The notes under the pieces are model-generated. The model had not been told where the DNA came from. It saw only the letters and a program-made list of their open reading frames with translations, and made no database searches. Source: Polaromonas sp. (GTDB lineage Bacteria; Pseudomonadota; Gammaproteobacteria; Burkholderiales; Burkholderiaceae_C). From it: a stretch of DNA of 33,266 bases. Of the stretch, positions 18,580-26,946 are shown piece by piece (within the stretch, counting starts at the first letter, position 1; each line of letters opens with the position of its first letter). A program made the translations under genes and the position numbers. The stretch is from NCBI GenBank assembly GCA_034680305.1, contig JAXITB010000001.1:1-33266 (forward strand), given 5' to 3'.

Positions 18580-19580
18580 GTGCCCTCCTGTGGCGACGGC
18601 GCGCGGCGCGACCAAGGCAGCAGATGCTGCCACTGACCGACCAGACCTTTGCGAAAGAGCATCACCACCACCACAAACACCGCGCCCTGAATGATCAGCA
18701 CCCATTCGGCAAAGCCCGCGAGGTAGTGTTCCATCGACCCCATGACAATGGCGCCAACCACCGGGCCCAGCATGGTGTTGAGGCCGCCAACGATGCAGAT
18801 CAGCAGCGCCTCGCCCGAGGTGCCCCAGCCCACGTCGGTGAGGGTGGCCAGCGAAAAGGCCAGCACCTTGAGCGATCCGGCCAGCCCGGCCAGCGCGGCC
18901 GACAGCACAAAGGCCAGCAGCTTGTATCGGTTGACCGGATAGCCCAGGGACTTGGCCCGAGGCTCGTTGTCTCGAATGGCGCGCAGCACCTGACCGAAGG
19001 GCGAATTGACGGACCGGTAGATCAACCAGAAGCCGAAAGCCACTGCGGCCAGGCACACATAGTAGAAAACCAGGGTGTCGTCGGTCTTGAGCAGGCCGAA
19101 CATGGTCGGCCGCGGCACGCTTTGCAGGCCATCCTCGCCGCCGGTGAACGGCAGCCGCTGACTCATGAAATACACCACCTGGGCAAAGGCCAGGGTGATC
19201 ATTGAAAAGTAGATGCCCTGACGACGGATGGCCAGGAAACCGACCATCACGCTCAAACACACCGCCACGACCACGCCGGCCAGGATGGCGAAGGTGCCGT
19301 CCCAGCCCCAATGCTTGGCCACATGGCCGGTCACATAGGCGGCCGAGCCGTAGAACATGGCATGACCAAAAGACAGCAGGCCGGCATAGGCGATCAGGTA
19401 GTTGACCGAAGCGGCCAGCAGCGCCAGACACAGCAGTTTGATCAGGAACATCGGGTAGACCACCCAAGGTGCGGCGCACAGCAGGGCGATACCGGCCAGC
19501 AGCCACCAGCGGGCCACCGAAGGCGGCTGCGGGGGGGCGGGAATCGCGGAGACGGGGGTGCTGCTCATGTTCAACCTCAT
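18576..19580 (-). CDS. Branched-chain amino acid-type ABC transporter permease (LivM-like)
   Basis: GLLSFGHAMFYG, GIYFSMITLAFAQ, TGGEDGL, SPFG.VLRAIRDNE.RA..LG, IVGG...MLGPVVGA. Confidence 0.95.
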   Translation of the reverse strand: MRLNMSSTPVSAIPAPPQPPSVARWWLLAGIALLCAAPWVVYPMFLIKLLCLALLAASVNYLIAYAGLLSFGHAMFYGSAAYVTGHVAKHWGWDGTFAILAGVVVAVCLSVMVGFLAIRRQGIYFSMITLAFAQVVYFMSQRLPFTGGEDGLQSVPRPTMFGLLKTDDTLVFYYVCLAAVAFGFWLIYRSVNSPFGQVLRAIRDNEPRAKSLGYPVNRYKLLAFVLSAALAGLAGSLKVLAFSLATLTDVGWGTSGEALLICIVGGLNTMLGPVVGAIVMGSMEHYLAGFAEWVLIIQGAVFVVVVMLFRKGLVGQWQHLLPWSRRAPSPQEGT

Positions 19581-20458
19581 TCAGCGCGGCCGAAAAGCCC
19601 GTGGGGCCGGACCGCCAGCGTGATGATCATCACGAGAAAGATGACGACACCGGCAAAGTCGGGGGCAAAGACCTTGGTCAGCCCCTCGATCAGGCCCAGG
19701 CCGAAACCGGTGACGATCGAGCCCAGGATAGAGCCCATGCCGCCGATCACCACCACGGCAAAGACCACGATGATCAGGTTGGCACCCATGTGTGGGCTGA
19801 CCTGGTAAATGGGCGCGGCCATCACGCCGCTGAAGCCCGCCAGCGCCACGCCAAAGCCGTAGGTCAGCATCAGCATGCGCGGCACGTTGATGCCGAAGGT
19901 GCGCACCAGGTTCGGGTTCTCGTTGGCCGCGCGCAGGTAGGAGCCCAGCTTGGTGCGCTCGATGAAGAACCAGGTACCCAGGCAGACCACCACGGCCACG
20001 CCAATGACCCAGATGCGATACCAGGGGATGAAGGTGATGCCGATGTCCAAGCCCCCGGTCATCGGGTTCTTGTAGGGCGCTCCACTGATGCCGAACTTCA
20101 GGCGGAAGGCCCCCTCGAGCAGCAGTGCGACACCGAAGGTCAGCAGCAGCGCATACACATGGTCGAGCTTGTAGAGGTGCCGCAGGAAGACCCGCTCCAT
20201 CAGCAGCCCGACCCCGCCCATGACCAGGGGGGCGATCAGCAGCGCCCACCAGTAGCTCAGCCCCAGGTACTCGGTGACGGCAAAAGCGACAAAAGCACCC
20301 ATCATGTACTGCGCGCCATGGGCGAAGTTGACCACATGCAACATGCCAAAGATGATGGCCAGCCCCAGGCTCATGAGCGCATAGAACGCGCCGTTGATCA
20401 GGCCGATCACGACCTGGCCAATCAGGGCCGCGGCCGGAACGCCAAAGATGCTGTCCAT
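19577..20458 (-). CDS. Branched-chain amino acid-type ABC transporter permease (LivH-like)
   Basis: GAFYALMSLGLAIIFGMLHVVNFAHG, TKLGSYLRA, FAVVVIGGMGSILG, RPHGLFG. Confidence 0.95.
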   Translation of the reverse strand: MDSIFGVPAAALIGQVVIGLINGAFYALMSLGLAIIFGMLHVVNFAHGAQYMMGAFVAFAVTEYLGLSYWWALLIAPLVMGGVGLLMERVFLRHLYKLDHVYALLLTFGVALLLEGAFRLKFGISGAPYKNPMTGGLDIGITFIPWYRIWVIGVAVVVCLGTWFFIERTKLGSYLRAANENPNLVRTFGINVPRMLMLTYGFGVALAGFSGVMAAPIYQVSPHMGANLIIVVFAVVVIGGMGSILGSIVTGFGLGLIEGLTKVFAPDFAGVVIFLVMIITLAVRPHGLFGRAE

Positions 20459-20502
20459 TCAGTGCTCCCGTCCAATCCTCAGTTGCATGCGCATGGCTGC
20501 CC

Positions 20503-21219
20503 TCACAGTCCCAGCAGTTTCTCGATCTCATCGCGCCGCCCGGCGATGTCCTCGCGGCGAAATTGCTCGACCACAGTACCTTCCTCGATCACGTAGAAGC
20601 GATCGGCCAAGGCCGAGGCAAAGCGGAAGTTCTGCTCCACCATCAGCACGGTGAAGCCACGCTGGCGCAGCGTGCGAATCACTTCACCGATCTTTTGCAC
20701 GATCACCGGCGCCAGGCCCTCGGTGCACTCGTCGAGCAACAGCAGTTTGGCACCGGTGCGCAGAATTCGGGCAATGGCCAACATCTGCTGCTCGCCGCCC
20801 GAGAGCTTGCTGCCTTGGCTTTTGCGTCGTGCCTCCAGGTTAGGGAACAACTGGTAGATCTCAGCCACGTTCAGCCCCCCCTCCTTGAGGATGGGCGGCA
20901 GCATCAGGTTTTCCTCGGCCGACAGACTGGCGAAAATGCCTCGCTCCTCAGGGCACCAGGCCACGCCCAGGTGGGCAATGGCCTCCGGCGGCAAACCCTC
21001 GGTGGGACGCCCCCCCACCTCAATGCGGCCGGAGCGGCGCTCGAGCAGGCCGACCACCGCGCGCAGCGTGGTCGTCTTGCCGGCGCCGTTGCGCCCAAGC
21101 AGGCAGACGATCTCGCCCTCATGGACCTCCAGGTTGATGCCGTGCAAGGCCTGGGTTTCGCCGTAATAGCCCTGCAGGTCGGTGACCTTGAGCATGGGCT
21201 GGATTCGGTGCTCAGTCAT
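20503..21219 (-). CDS. ABC transporter ATP-binding protein (LivF-like)
   Basis: Walker A GRNGAGKTT, LSGGEQQMLAIAR, Walker B LLLLDE, VEQN. Start reassigned to ATG 21219. Confidence 0.95.
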   Translation of the reverse strand: MTEHRIQPMLKVTDLQGYYGETQALHGINLEVHEGEIVCLLGRNGAGKTTTLRAVVGLLERRSGRIEVGGRPTEGLPPEAIAHLGVAWCPEERGIFASLSAEENLMLPPILKEGGLNVAEIYQLFPNLEARRKSQGSKLSGGEQQMLAIARILRTGAKLLLLDECTEGLAPVIVQKIGEVIRTLRQRGFTVLMVEQNFRFASALADRFYVIEEGTVVEQFRREDIAGRRDEIEKLLGL

Positions 21220-21967
21220 GGGCGCCCCCCACATAGGCTTCGATGACACGGGGATCCTGCGACACCTGGGCATAGCTGCCTTCGGCCAACACCTCGCCCG
21301 ACTGCAGCACGGTCACCTGATTGCACAGCTTGGCAATGACCTTCATGTTGTGCTCGACCATCAGCACGGTGCGACCCTGAGCAAACTGGGCGATCAGGTC
21401 CATGACCGGGCCAATGTCCTCATGGCCCAAGCCGGCCATGGGCTCATCGAGCAGGATCAACTCGGGCTCCATGGCAATGGTGGTGACCAGTTCGAGGGCG
21501 CGCTTGCGGCCATAGGACAGGTCGGCGGCCGGGGCATGCAGCCAGCGCTCCAGCCCCACGCTGCGGATCAAGCCGTAGGCACGCTCGCCGAGCTCGTCAA
21601 GCACGAAATCCTTGCGCCAAAAGGCGAAGTTGCCACCCCGCTTGCGCTGCAGGGCCACGCGCACGTTCTCCAGCACGCTCATCTGGCCGAACACGGCCGA
21701 GATCTGGAAGGAGCGCACCATGCCCAGACCAGCCACCGTGGCCGGGTCGCTGTCTTCGATGCGCTTGCCGTTGTAAGTGATGGTGCCGGTCGTGGGCTTG
21801 AGAAAAGTCGTCAGCAGGTTAAAGCAGGTGGTCTTGCCGGCGCCGTTGGGCCCGATCAGGGCATGGATGCTGTGCCGGCGCACCCGCAGGTCTACCTCCT
21901 TGACGGCATAAAAGCCGCGGAACTGCTTGCTCAGGCCCTGGGCCTCGAGGATGTAGTCGTTGCTCAT
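21212..21967 (-). CDS. ABC transporter ATP-binding protein (LivG-like)
   Basis: GPNGAGKTT, RSFQ, LSYG.KR.LE, LLDEP.AG, VEHNM, V..DPRVIEAY. Start reassigned to ATG 21967. Confidence 0.95.
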   Translation of the reverse strand: MSNDYILEAQGLSKQFRGFYAVKEVDLRVRRHSIHALIGPNGAGKTTCFNLLTTFLKPTTGTITYNGKRIEDSDPATVAGLGMVRSFQISAVFGQMSVLENVRVALQRKRGGNFAFWRKDFVLDELGERAYGLIRSVGLERWLHAPAADLSYGRKRALELVTTIAMEPELILLDEPMAGLGHEDIGPVMDLIAQFAQGRTVLMVEHNMKVIAKLCNQVTVLQSGEVLAEGSYAQVSQDPRVIEAYVGGAHD

Positions 21968-21980
21968 GGGTCCGTGCGCC

Positions 21981-22757
21981 TCAAAGGTGGGCGTAGGTGG
22001 CGCCACCGTCAACCTTGATGTACTCGCCAGTGACGAACCCGCTGGCATCGCTGGCCAGAAAGCCCGCAACACGGGCCACATCTTCCGGCGCGCCGACCCG
22101 CTGCATGGGTGTGCGGGCCAGCCGCTTTTGCACCATCTCCGGCGTGACATTGACCATCACCCCCTCGGTGGTGGTAAAGCCGGGACAGATGGCATTGACC
22201 CGGATGCCACGCGCACCCAGATCGACCGCGCCGGCACGGGTCAGTCCCAGCACTCCGGCCTTGACCCCTGCGTAGGTCAGCCCACGCGGCAGGCCCAGAA
22301 AGGCGGCTGCTGAAGCGATGTGGATGACACTGCCGCCTTGTTCCATGTGCGCCTCAGCGGCTTGCAAGCCCCAGATCACCGACTCAAAGCCGGTGCCCAC
22401 CATGCGCCGCACCATCTCGGGCGTGATTTCAGCGATCGGGCCATAGCGGACCCACATGGCATTGCTGACCATGACATCGAATCGGCCGTAGGCGGCTTTC
22501 AGGGCCGCCGCCGCGTCCATGATGACCTCGCGCTCAGCCACGTTGCCGGCAAAAGCCATCGCCGTATGGCCCTGCGCCTGCAGCGCCAGAACCGCCTCTT
22601 GGGCCAGTTCCTGTTTCAGGTCCAGTACGCCCACCGTGGCACCGAGTTGGGCCAGATGGTCCACGATGGCACGACCGATGCCGCGAGCCCCACCGGTGAC
22701 CAGCGCCACGCGGCCCTCCAGCGCTCTGGCTGTTGCTTGCATCCCCGATGGGTTCAT
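21981..22757 (-). CDS. SDR family oxidoreductase
   Basis: TGGARGIG, IASAA, YAGVK (YxxxK), VNAICPG, VDGG. Confidence 0.93.
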   Translation of the reverse strand: MNPSGMQATARALEGRVALVTGGARGIGRAIVDHLAQLGATVGVLDLKQELAQEAVLALQAQGHTAMAFAGNVAEREVIMDAAAALKAAYGRFDVMVSNAMWVRYGPIAEITPEMVRRMVGTGFESVIWGLQAAEAHMEQGGSVIHIASAAAFLGLPRGLTYAGVKAGVLGLTRAGAVDLGARGIRVNAICPGFTTTEGVMVNVTPEMVQKRLARTPMQRVGAPEDVARVAGFLASDASGFVTGEYIKVDGGATYAHL

Positions 22758-23689
22758 GTGTGTGCCTCTTTCGTCATTGACTCACTTGTGCTTCGTGCGC
22801 CAGCAGCCGGCCTGCCCGAGTCGGCAAAGCGTGCTTCAGGCAGCCCGCGCACGCCGGTGCCATGGACGGCCAGCAGGCGACCGGCGCGCGGGTCATCGGT
22901 CTTGATGGTGTTGCCGGTGTCACTGAGGCTAGTGACGTATAGGGTATCCAGCTCGGCACCGCCAAAGCAAGCACAGCTCGGATGCGGCGTGGGCACATCC
23001 AGCAAGCGTTCGAGCGAGCCATCTGGCCGAAAACGCGCCAGCTGTCCCTTCATCACCAGAGCCACCCACAGGTGGGCCTCGGCGTCAACGGCCGCACCAT
23101 CCGGGCCCGAACCCAAGGCCGTGGTATCGGCAAATACCGCCATACCCGAAGCCTGGCCGGTGGCCGGGTCATAGGCATAGCGACGAATCTGGTGCGACAG
23201 GCTGTCAGCAAAGTACATGGTCTGACCGTCGGGGCTGAAGGCCAGCGTGTTGGAGACTCGAAAACCCGTATCCACCGTGCGTACCTGACCACCAGGCAAC
23301 ACCTGGTAGAGGGCGCCCACCGGTGTGGCTGGCGCCAGCTTGAGCGAGCCCACCAGAAAGCGGCCGGCGCGGTCGGTGCGGCCGTCATTGAGCCGCATGC
23401 GATCTTCCGGATGGGCCACATGCGCCAGCGGTTCGAAAACCCCGCTGTCGATGTCCAGAAAGCCAATGTCATGCTCCAGCGCCACCAGCAGACGGCCGCT
23501 GTCGCACAGGGCCAGCGAACCGATTTCCTGCGTCAAGGTCCACTGCCGGCGCTCGCCAGTGGCGGGCACCAGGCTGTGGACCTGGCAGCGCTTGGAATCA
23601 ATCCAGAAGAGGGTTTGGCGCCGATCGTCCCACAGAGGGCACTCACCCAGTCGGTCACGCTGCTCGCCGATGAAATCGATGCTCAACAT
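22754..23689 (-). CDS. SMP-30/gluconolactonase/LRE family protein
   Basis: LGECPLWD, LFWID, RLNDG.TD..GRF, VSNTLAFSPDG..MYFADS, GPDGAAVD, PSCACFGG..LDTLYVTS. Confidence 0.93.
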   Translation of the reverse strand: MLSIDFIGEQRDRLGECPLWDDRRQTLFWIDSKRCQVHSLVPATGERRQWTLTQEIGSLALCDSGRLLVALEHDIGFLDIDSGVFEPLAHVAHPEDRMRLNDGRTDRAGRFLVGSLKLAPATPVGALYQVLPGGQVRTVDTGFRVSNTLAFSPDGQTMYFADSLSHQIRRYAYDPATGQASGMAVFADTTALGSGPDGAAVDAEAHLWVALVMKGQLARFRPDGSLERLLDVPTPHPSCACFGGAELDTLYVTSLSDTGNTIKTDDPRAGRLLAVHGTGVRGLPEARFADSGRPAAGARSTSESMTKEAHT

Positions 23690-23725
23690 GAACCGTGATG
23701 TGCCCGTGCTGGCGGCGCCAGCGGC

Positions 23726-24946
23726 TTACTTCTTGATGAAGTCGCAGCCGCCATCGGCCAGCGGGCGAAACACCTGCTCGCCCGGCAACTCACCTTTGAC
23801 GGTGTAGAAGTCGTAGCGCCCCTTGGACTCCGAAGGCTGCTTGACCTGCACCACGTACACCGGACGGATGGCCTGTCCGTCTTCGCGGATGCGCACGTTC
23901 TTCATGGAGAAGTCGTTGATCGGCGTGGCCTTCATCCGCGCCATGACAGCGCCGCCCTCGTCGGTGCCAGCGGCCTGGACGGCCTTGAGGTAGTGGGTTG
24001 CGGCCGTGTAGGCGCTGGCCATGATGTAGGTCGGTGCCACGCCGTTGTTGCGGTCCATGAAGCGCTTGGCCCAGGCGCGGGTCTCGGGCGTGTGGTCCCA
24101 GTACATCGGGTCGGTGAACTGCAGCCCCTGGGCCACGTCCAGACCCATGGCGTTGACCGCATTGATGGTCATGCCGAAGACGGTGACCGCCTGCCCGCCT
24201 CGGGTGATGCGGTATTCGACGGCCTGGCGCAGCGCGTTGGTCTGGTCAGCGCCGGCGTTGACGATCACGATGGCCTGCGCCTTGGAGGCCTGGGCCTGCA
24301 GCAGATAGGAAGAGTAGTCGGTCGCGCCCAGGGGGTGCTTGACGTTACCCACCACGGTACCACCGCTTTGCTCGATGAAGCGCCGGCCTGCCGCCAGCGA
24401 GGTATCGCCAAAAGCGCCCTCGACGGTGATGAAGAAGAAAGTCTTGACGCCCTGACCGATCAGGCCACGCACACCCGCGTTGGGCATGGAGTAGGTGTCA
24501 ACGCCAAACTGGACGTTCATGGGCGAGCAGGCCTTGCCGGTCAGGTCGGTCGAGACGGTACCAGCCAGCAGATAGGGCTTCTTGGCCGCCTTCATCAGGT
24601 TGCTCACTGAGAGGGCAATGGCTGAGGCTGATCCGCCAATGATGGCATCGACTTTTTGTTGCTCAAGCCACTGGCGGGCGATATTGGTTCCCACATCGGG
24701 CTTGTTCTGGTCGTCGGCAACCAGCACCTCGATGGGCTTGCCCAGAACCCGGCCACCGAAGTCTTCGATGGCCATGCGCACGGCCAGCGTCGAGCCAGGG
24801 CCGCCATTGCCCGCATACGGGCCGGTCATGTCGGCCATCACGCCGAGACGGACGGCGTCGTCGGACACCTGGGCCAGCGCCCCGGTGGCAGCCATCAAGC
24901 CGGTGACGGCAGCAGCGATGAAGGTTTTGCGAGTGAGATGGGCCAT
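23726..24946 (-). CDS. ABC transporter substrate-binding protein (LivJ/K-like)
   Basis: Signal peptide, SDDAVRLGV..DM.GPY, MAIEDFGG.VLGKPIE...DDQNKPD, LLQAQAS.A, HYLKAV.AAGTD, IREDG. AAGGAG RBS. Confidence 0.93.
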   Translation of the reverse strand: MAHLTRKTFIAAAVTGLMAATGALAQVSDDAVRLGVMADMTGPYAGNGGPGSTLAVRMAIEDFGGRVLGKPIEVLVADDQNKPDVGTNIARQWLEQQKVDAIIGGSASAIALSVSNLMKAAKKPYLLAGTVSTDLTGKACSPMNVQFGVDTYSMPNAGVRGLIGQGVKTFFFITVEGAFGDTSLAAGRRFIEQSGGTVVGNVKHPLGATDYSSYLLQAQASKAQAIVIVNAGADQTNALRQAVEYRITRGGQAVTVFGMTINAVNAMGLDVAQGLQFTDPMYWDHTPETRAWAKRFMDRNNGVAPTYIMASAYTAATHYLKAVQAAGTDEGGAVMARMKATPINDFSMKNVRIREDGQAIRPVYVVQVKQPSESKGRYDFYTVKGELPGEQVFRPLADGGCDFIKK

Positions 24947-25068
24947 GTCAGTGTCTCCTTTGGTCGGTCGGGTAGCGGTGAAGAGGGGCAGCAGAAGGCG
25001 GGTGAATGAAGACTGTGCCTAGACCGGATTCGTTGGTTTTGCTTGTGCAGGAAGGCACCAATTTCAAA

Positions 25069-25121
25069 ACCCACCTGCCGGTCGGTAAGTAGATGCTAGC
25101 ACTCGACCGAAAGCCATTCAA
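25069..25121 (-). promoter_or_regulatory. Sigma70-type promoter of the ABC/lactonase/SDR operon with PaaR-like operator copy C (25069-25090)
   Basis: Minus strand reads TTGAAT-N17-TAGCAT with an extended -10 TG, followed 2 nt later by ACTTACCGACCGGCAGGTGGGT, which overlaps the expected start site. Confidence 0.72.
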
Positions 25122-25173
25122 CGGCTGTTTGCGAGATTTGATCTAGGGTTTTCCTTGGGAAATGTGCACTCGT

Positions 25174-26787
25174 TCAATGGGGCAGGAAAGCCATGGTTTT
25201 GCGGTATCCGTCCTGGCTTGCCGCAGCGCAATGCTCCCGGTACTTGAGAAAGCCCCCGGTAAAAAGCGTCAAGCCCTGGGGCTTGTCCTTCACATTGGTC
25301 CCCAGGTACCAGGTCTTGGCTTTGCGCAGCAAGCTGCGCTGGGCCAAGTTGCCCACCAGGGTCATCCACGCCTGCTCGGCCTCAGGCTTGACTTCAACCA
25401 CAGCCTGACCATTGTTCTTCATGTGAACCATCAGGTCTGCGATCCAGTCCACATCGTTCTCGCTGATGCGAATGATGTTGGCCAGCGCCGCTGGCCCAGT
25501 GGGGCCTGTGGTCATGAACAAGTTGGGAAAGCCCGCCATCATCAATCCGAGGTAGGTGCTGGCGCCGTCCTTCCACTTCTGGTTGACCGTTTGTCCGTCC
25601 CGGCCCACCACATCAAAGGCCGTCAGCGCGCCCGTCAGTCCGTCGTAGCCGGTGGCCAGGATCAGCATGTCCAACTCGTACTCGCCCTGCTCGGTGCGCA
25701 CGCCCGATTCGGTGATCTCCACGATCGGTTGCTCATACAGATCCACCAGATGCACATTGGGCTGGTTGTAGGTCTCGTAATAACTGGTGTCCAGGCAGGG
25801 CCGTCGAGCGAAGATGGGGTATCCACGCGGCTTGAGTTTTTCGGCGGTCACCGGGTCTTTAACCACTTCGCTGATCTTGCCGCGCACGAATTCGGCCACC
25901 TGTTCGTTGGCTTCCTCGTTGACCAGCAAATCAGAAAACGTTCCCAGCATGGCCAGTCCGCCGTTCTTCCAGGCGTCTTCGAGCAGGGTCAAACGCTGGG
26001 CCGGCGTACAGGTAAAAAACCCACGGGTGGACTGCGGCCGGGTACCCCCGACGGCGCTGTTGCGCGCCGCCTCCCGGATGCCGGGGTAATGACGCTTGAC
26101 CTCGGCCACATAGTCGGGTTCGAGCTTGACATTGCGCATGGGCATGGTGAAGCTGGGCGTGCGCTGAAACACGAACAACTCGCCCGCCGTCTTGCCCACC
26201 TCCTGCACGACCTGGATGCCGGTCGAGCCGGTGCCGATCACGCCGACACGCTGCCCCTCGAAACGGACCTCATGATGGGGCCAGCGGGCGGCTCGGTACA
26301 TCGCTCCTTTAAAGCGTGAGAGGCCGGAAATTTCTGGCTCTTTGGGCACTGACAAGGGTCCGGTGGCCATGATGCAAAACGGCGCCTCCCAGACCTGGCC
26401 TTGGTCGGTGGTCAGCACCCACAGCCTGCGACTGTCATCCCACTGCGCGCGCTCGATGCGGCAGTTGAATTGGTAGTGCTTGTTCAGGCTGAGCCGCTCG
26501 GCCACGAAATCGATGTAGCGCAGCAACTCGGGCTGGGCCGCAAACTGCTCAGACCAAGTCCACTCCTGCTCAATTTCTCGCGAAAACGAAAAGCTGTAGT
26601 CAATCGAGGGCAGGTCGACGCGTGCGCCTGGATAACGGTTCCAGTACCACACCCCACCCAAGCCACCACCGGCCTCAAAGGACTGAATCTGAAGACCCAT
26701 CTCCCGAAACTTGTAGGTGGCGTACATGCCGCCGAAACCACCGCCCACAATGAGTACGTCAACGCGTCGCGCATTTTTTGTCGCCAT
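25174..26787 (-). CDS. Type I Baeyer-Villiger monooxygenase (cyclohexanone monooxygenase family)
   Basis: GGGFGG (FAD), GGVWYWNRYPGARVD, ATG, variant fingerprint FKGAMYRAARWP, GTGSTG (NADPH), FQRTP, ATGY, FPNLF. GGAGGAG RBS. Confidence 0.93.
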   Translation of the reverse strand: MATKNARRVDVLIVGGGFGGMYATYKFREMGLQIQSFEAGGGLGGVWYWNRYPGARVDLPSIDYSFSFSREIEQEWTWSEQFAAQPELLRYIDFVAERLSLNKHYQFNCRIERAQWDDSRRLWVLTTDQGQVWEAPFCIMATGPLSVPKEPEISGLSRFKGAMYRAARWPHHEVRFEGQRVGVIGTGSTGIQVVQEVGKTAGELFVFQRTPSFTMPMRNVKLEPDYVAEVKRHYPGIREAARNSAVGGTRPQSTRGFFTCTPAQRLTLLEDAWKNGGLAMLGTFSDLLVNEEANEQVAEFVRGKISEVVKDPVTAEKLKPRGYPIFARRPCLDTSYYETYNQPNVHLVDLYEQPIVEITESGVRTEQGEYELDMLILATGYDGLTGALTAFDVVGRDGQTVNQKWKDGASTYLGLMMAGFPNLFMTTGPTGPAALANIIRISENDVDWIADLMVHMKNNGQAVVEVKPEAEQAWMTLVGNLAQRSLLRKAKTWYLGTNVKDKPQGLTLFTGGFLKYREHCAAASQDGYRKTMAFLPH

Positions 26788-26946
26788 CGCACATCTCCTC
26801 CTGATCTCCCATCATGCCGAGCGACTCTTGAGCGATCAAGAGAATATGCCCATGTGCAATTCAAATTCACATCCATAAAAATCGCGATTGGGGCGCTGCA
26901 CGGCTACCTGAGGCAATTGCGCGAGCCGTCATGGCCGGGGCCAAAG

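Noticed and set aside
17821-19506. Apparent 561-aa SDR with a long N-terminal extension
   Set aside because: The extension overlaps the LivM-like permease in another frame. The true start is ATG 18579 with RBS and ATGA coupling.
8399-26787. Calling the cluster phenylacetate (paa) or canonical steroid C/D-ring degradation
   Set aside because: No paaABCDE/paaK/paaZ and no ipdAB, thiolase or FadD3-type ligase in the window. The resemblance is only at family and operator level.
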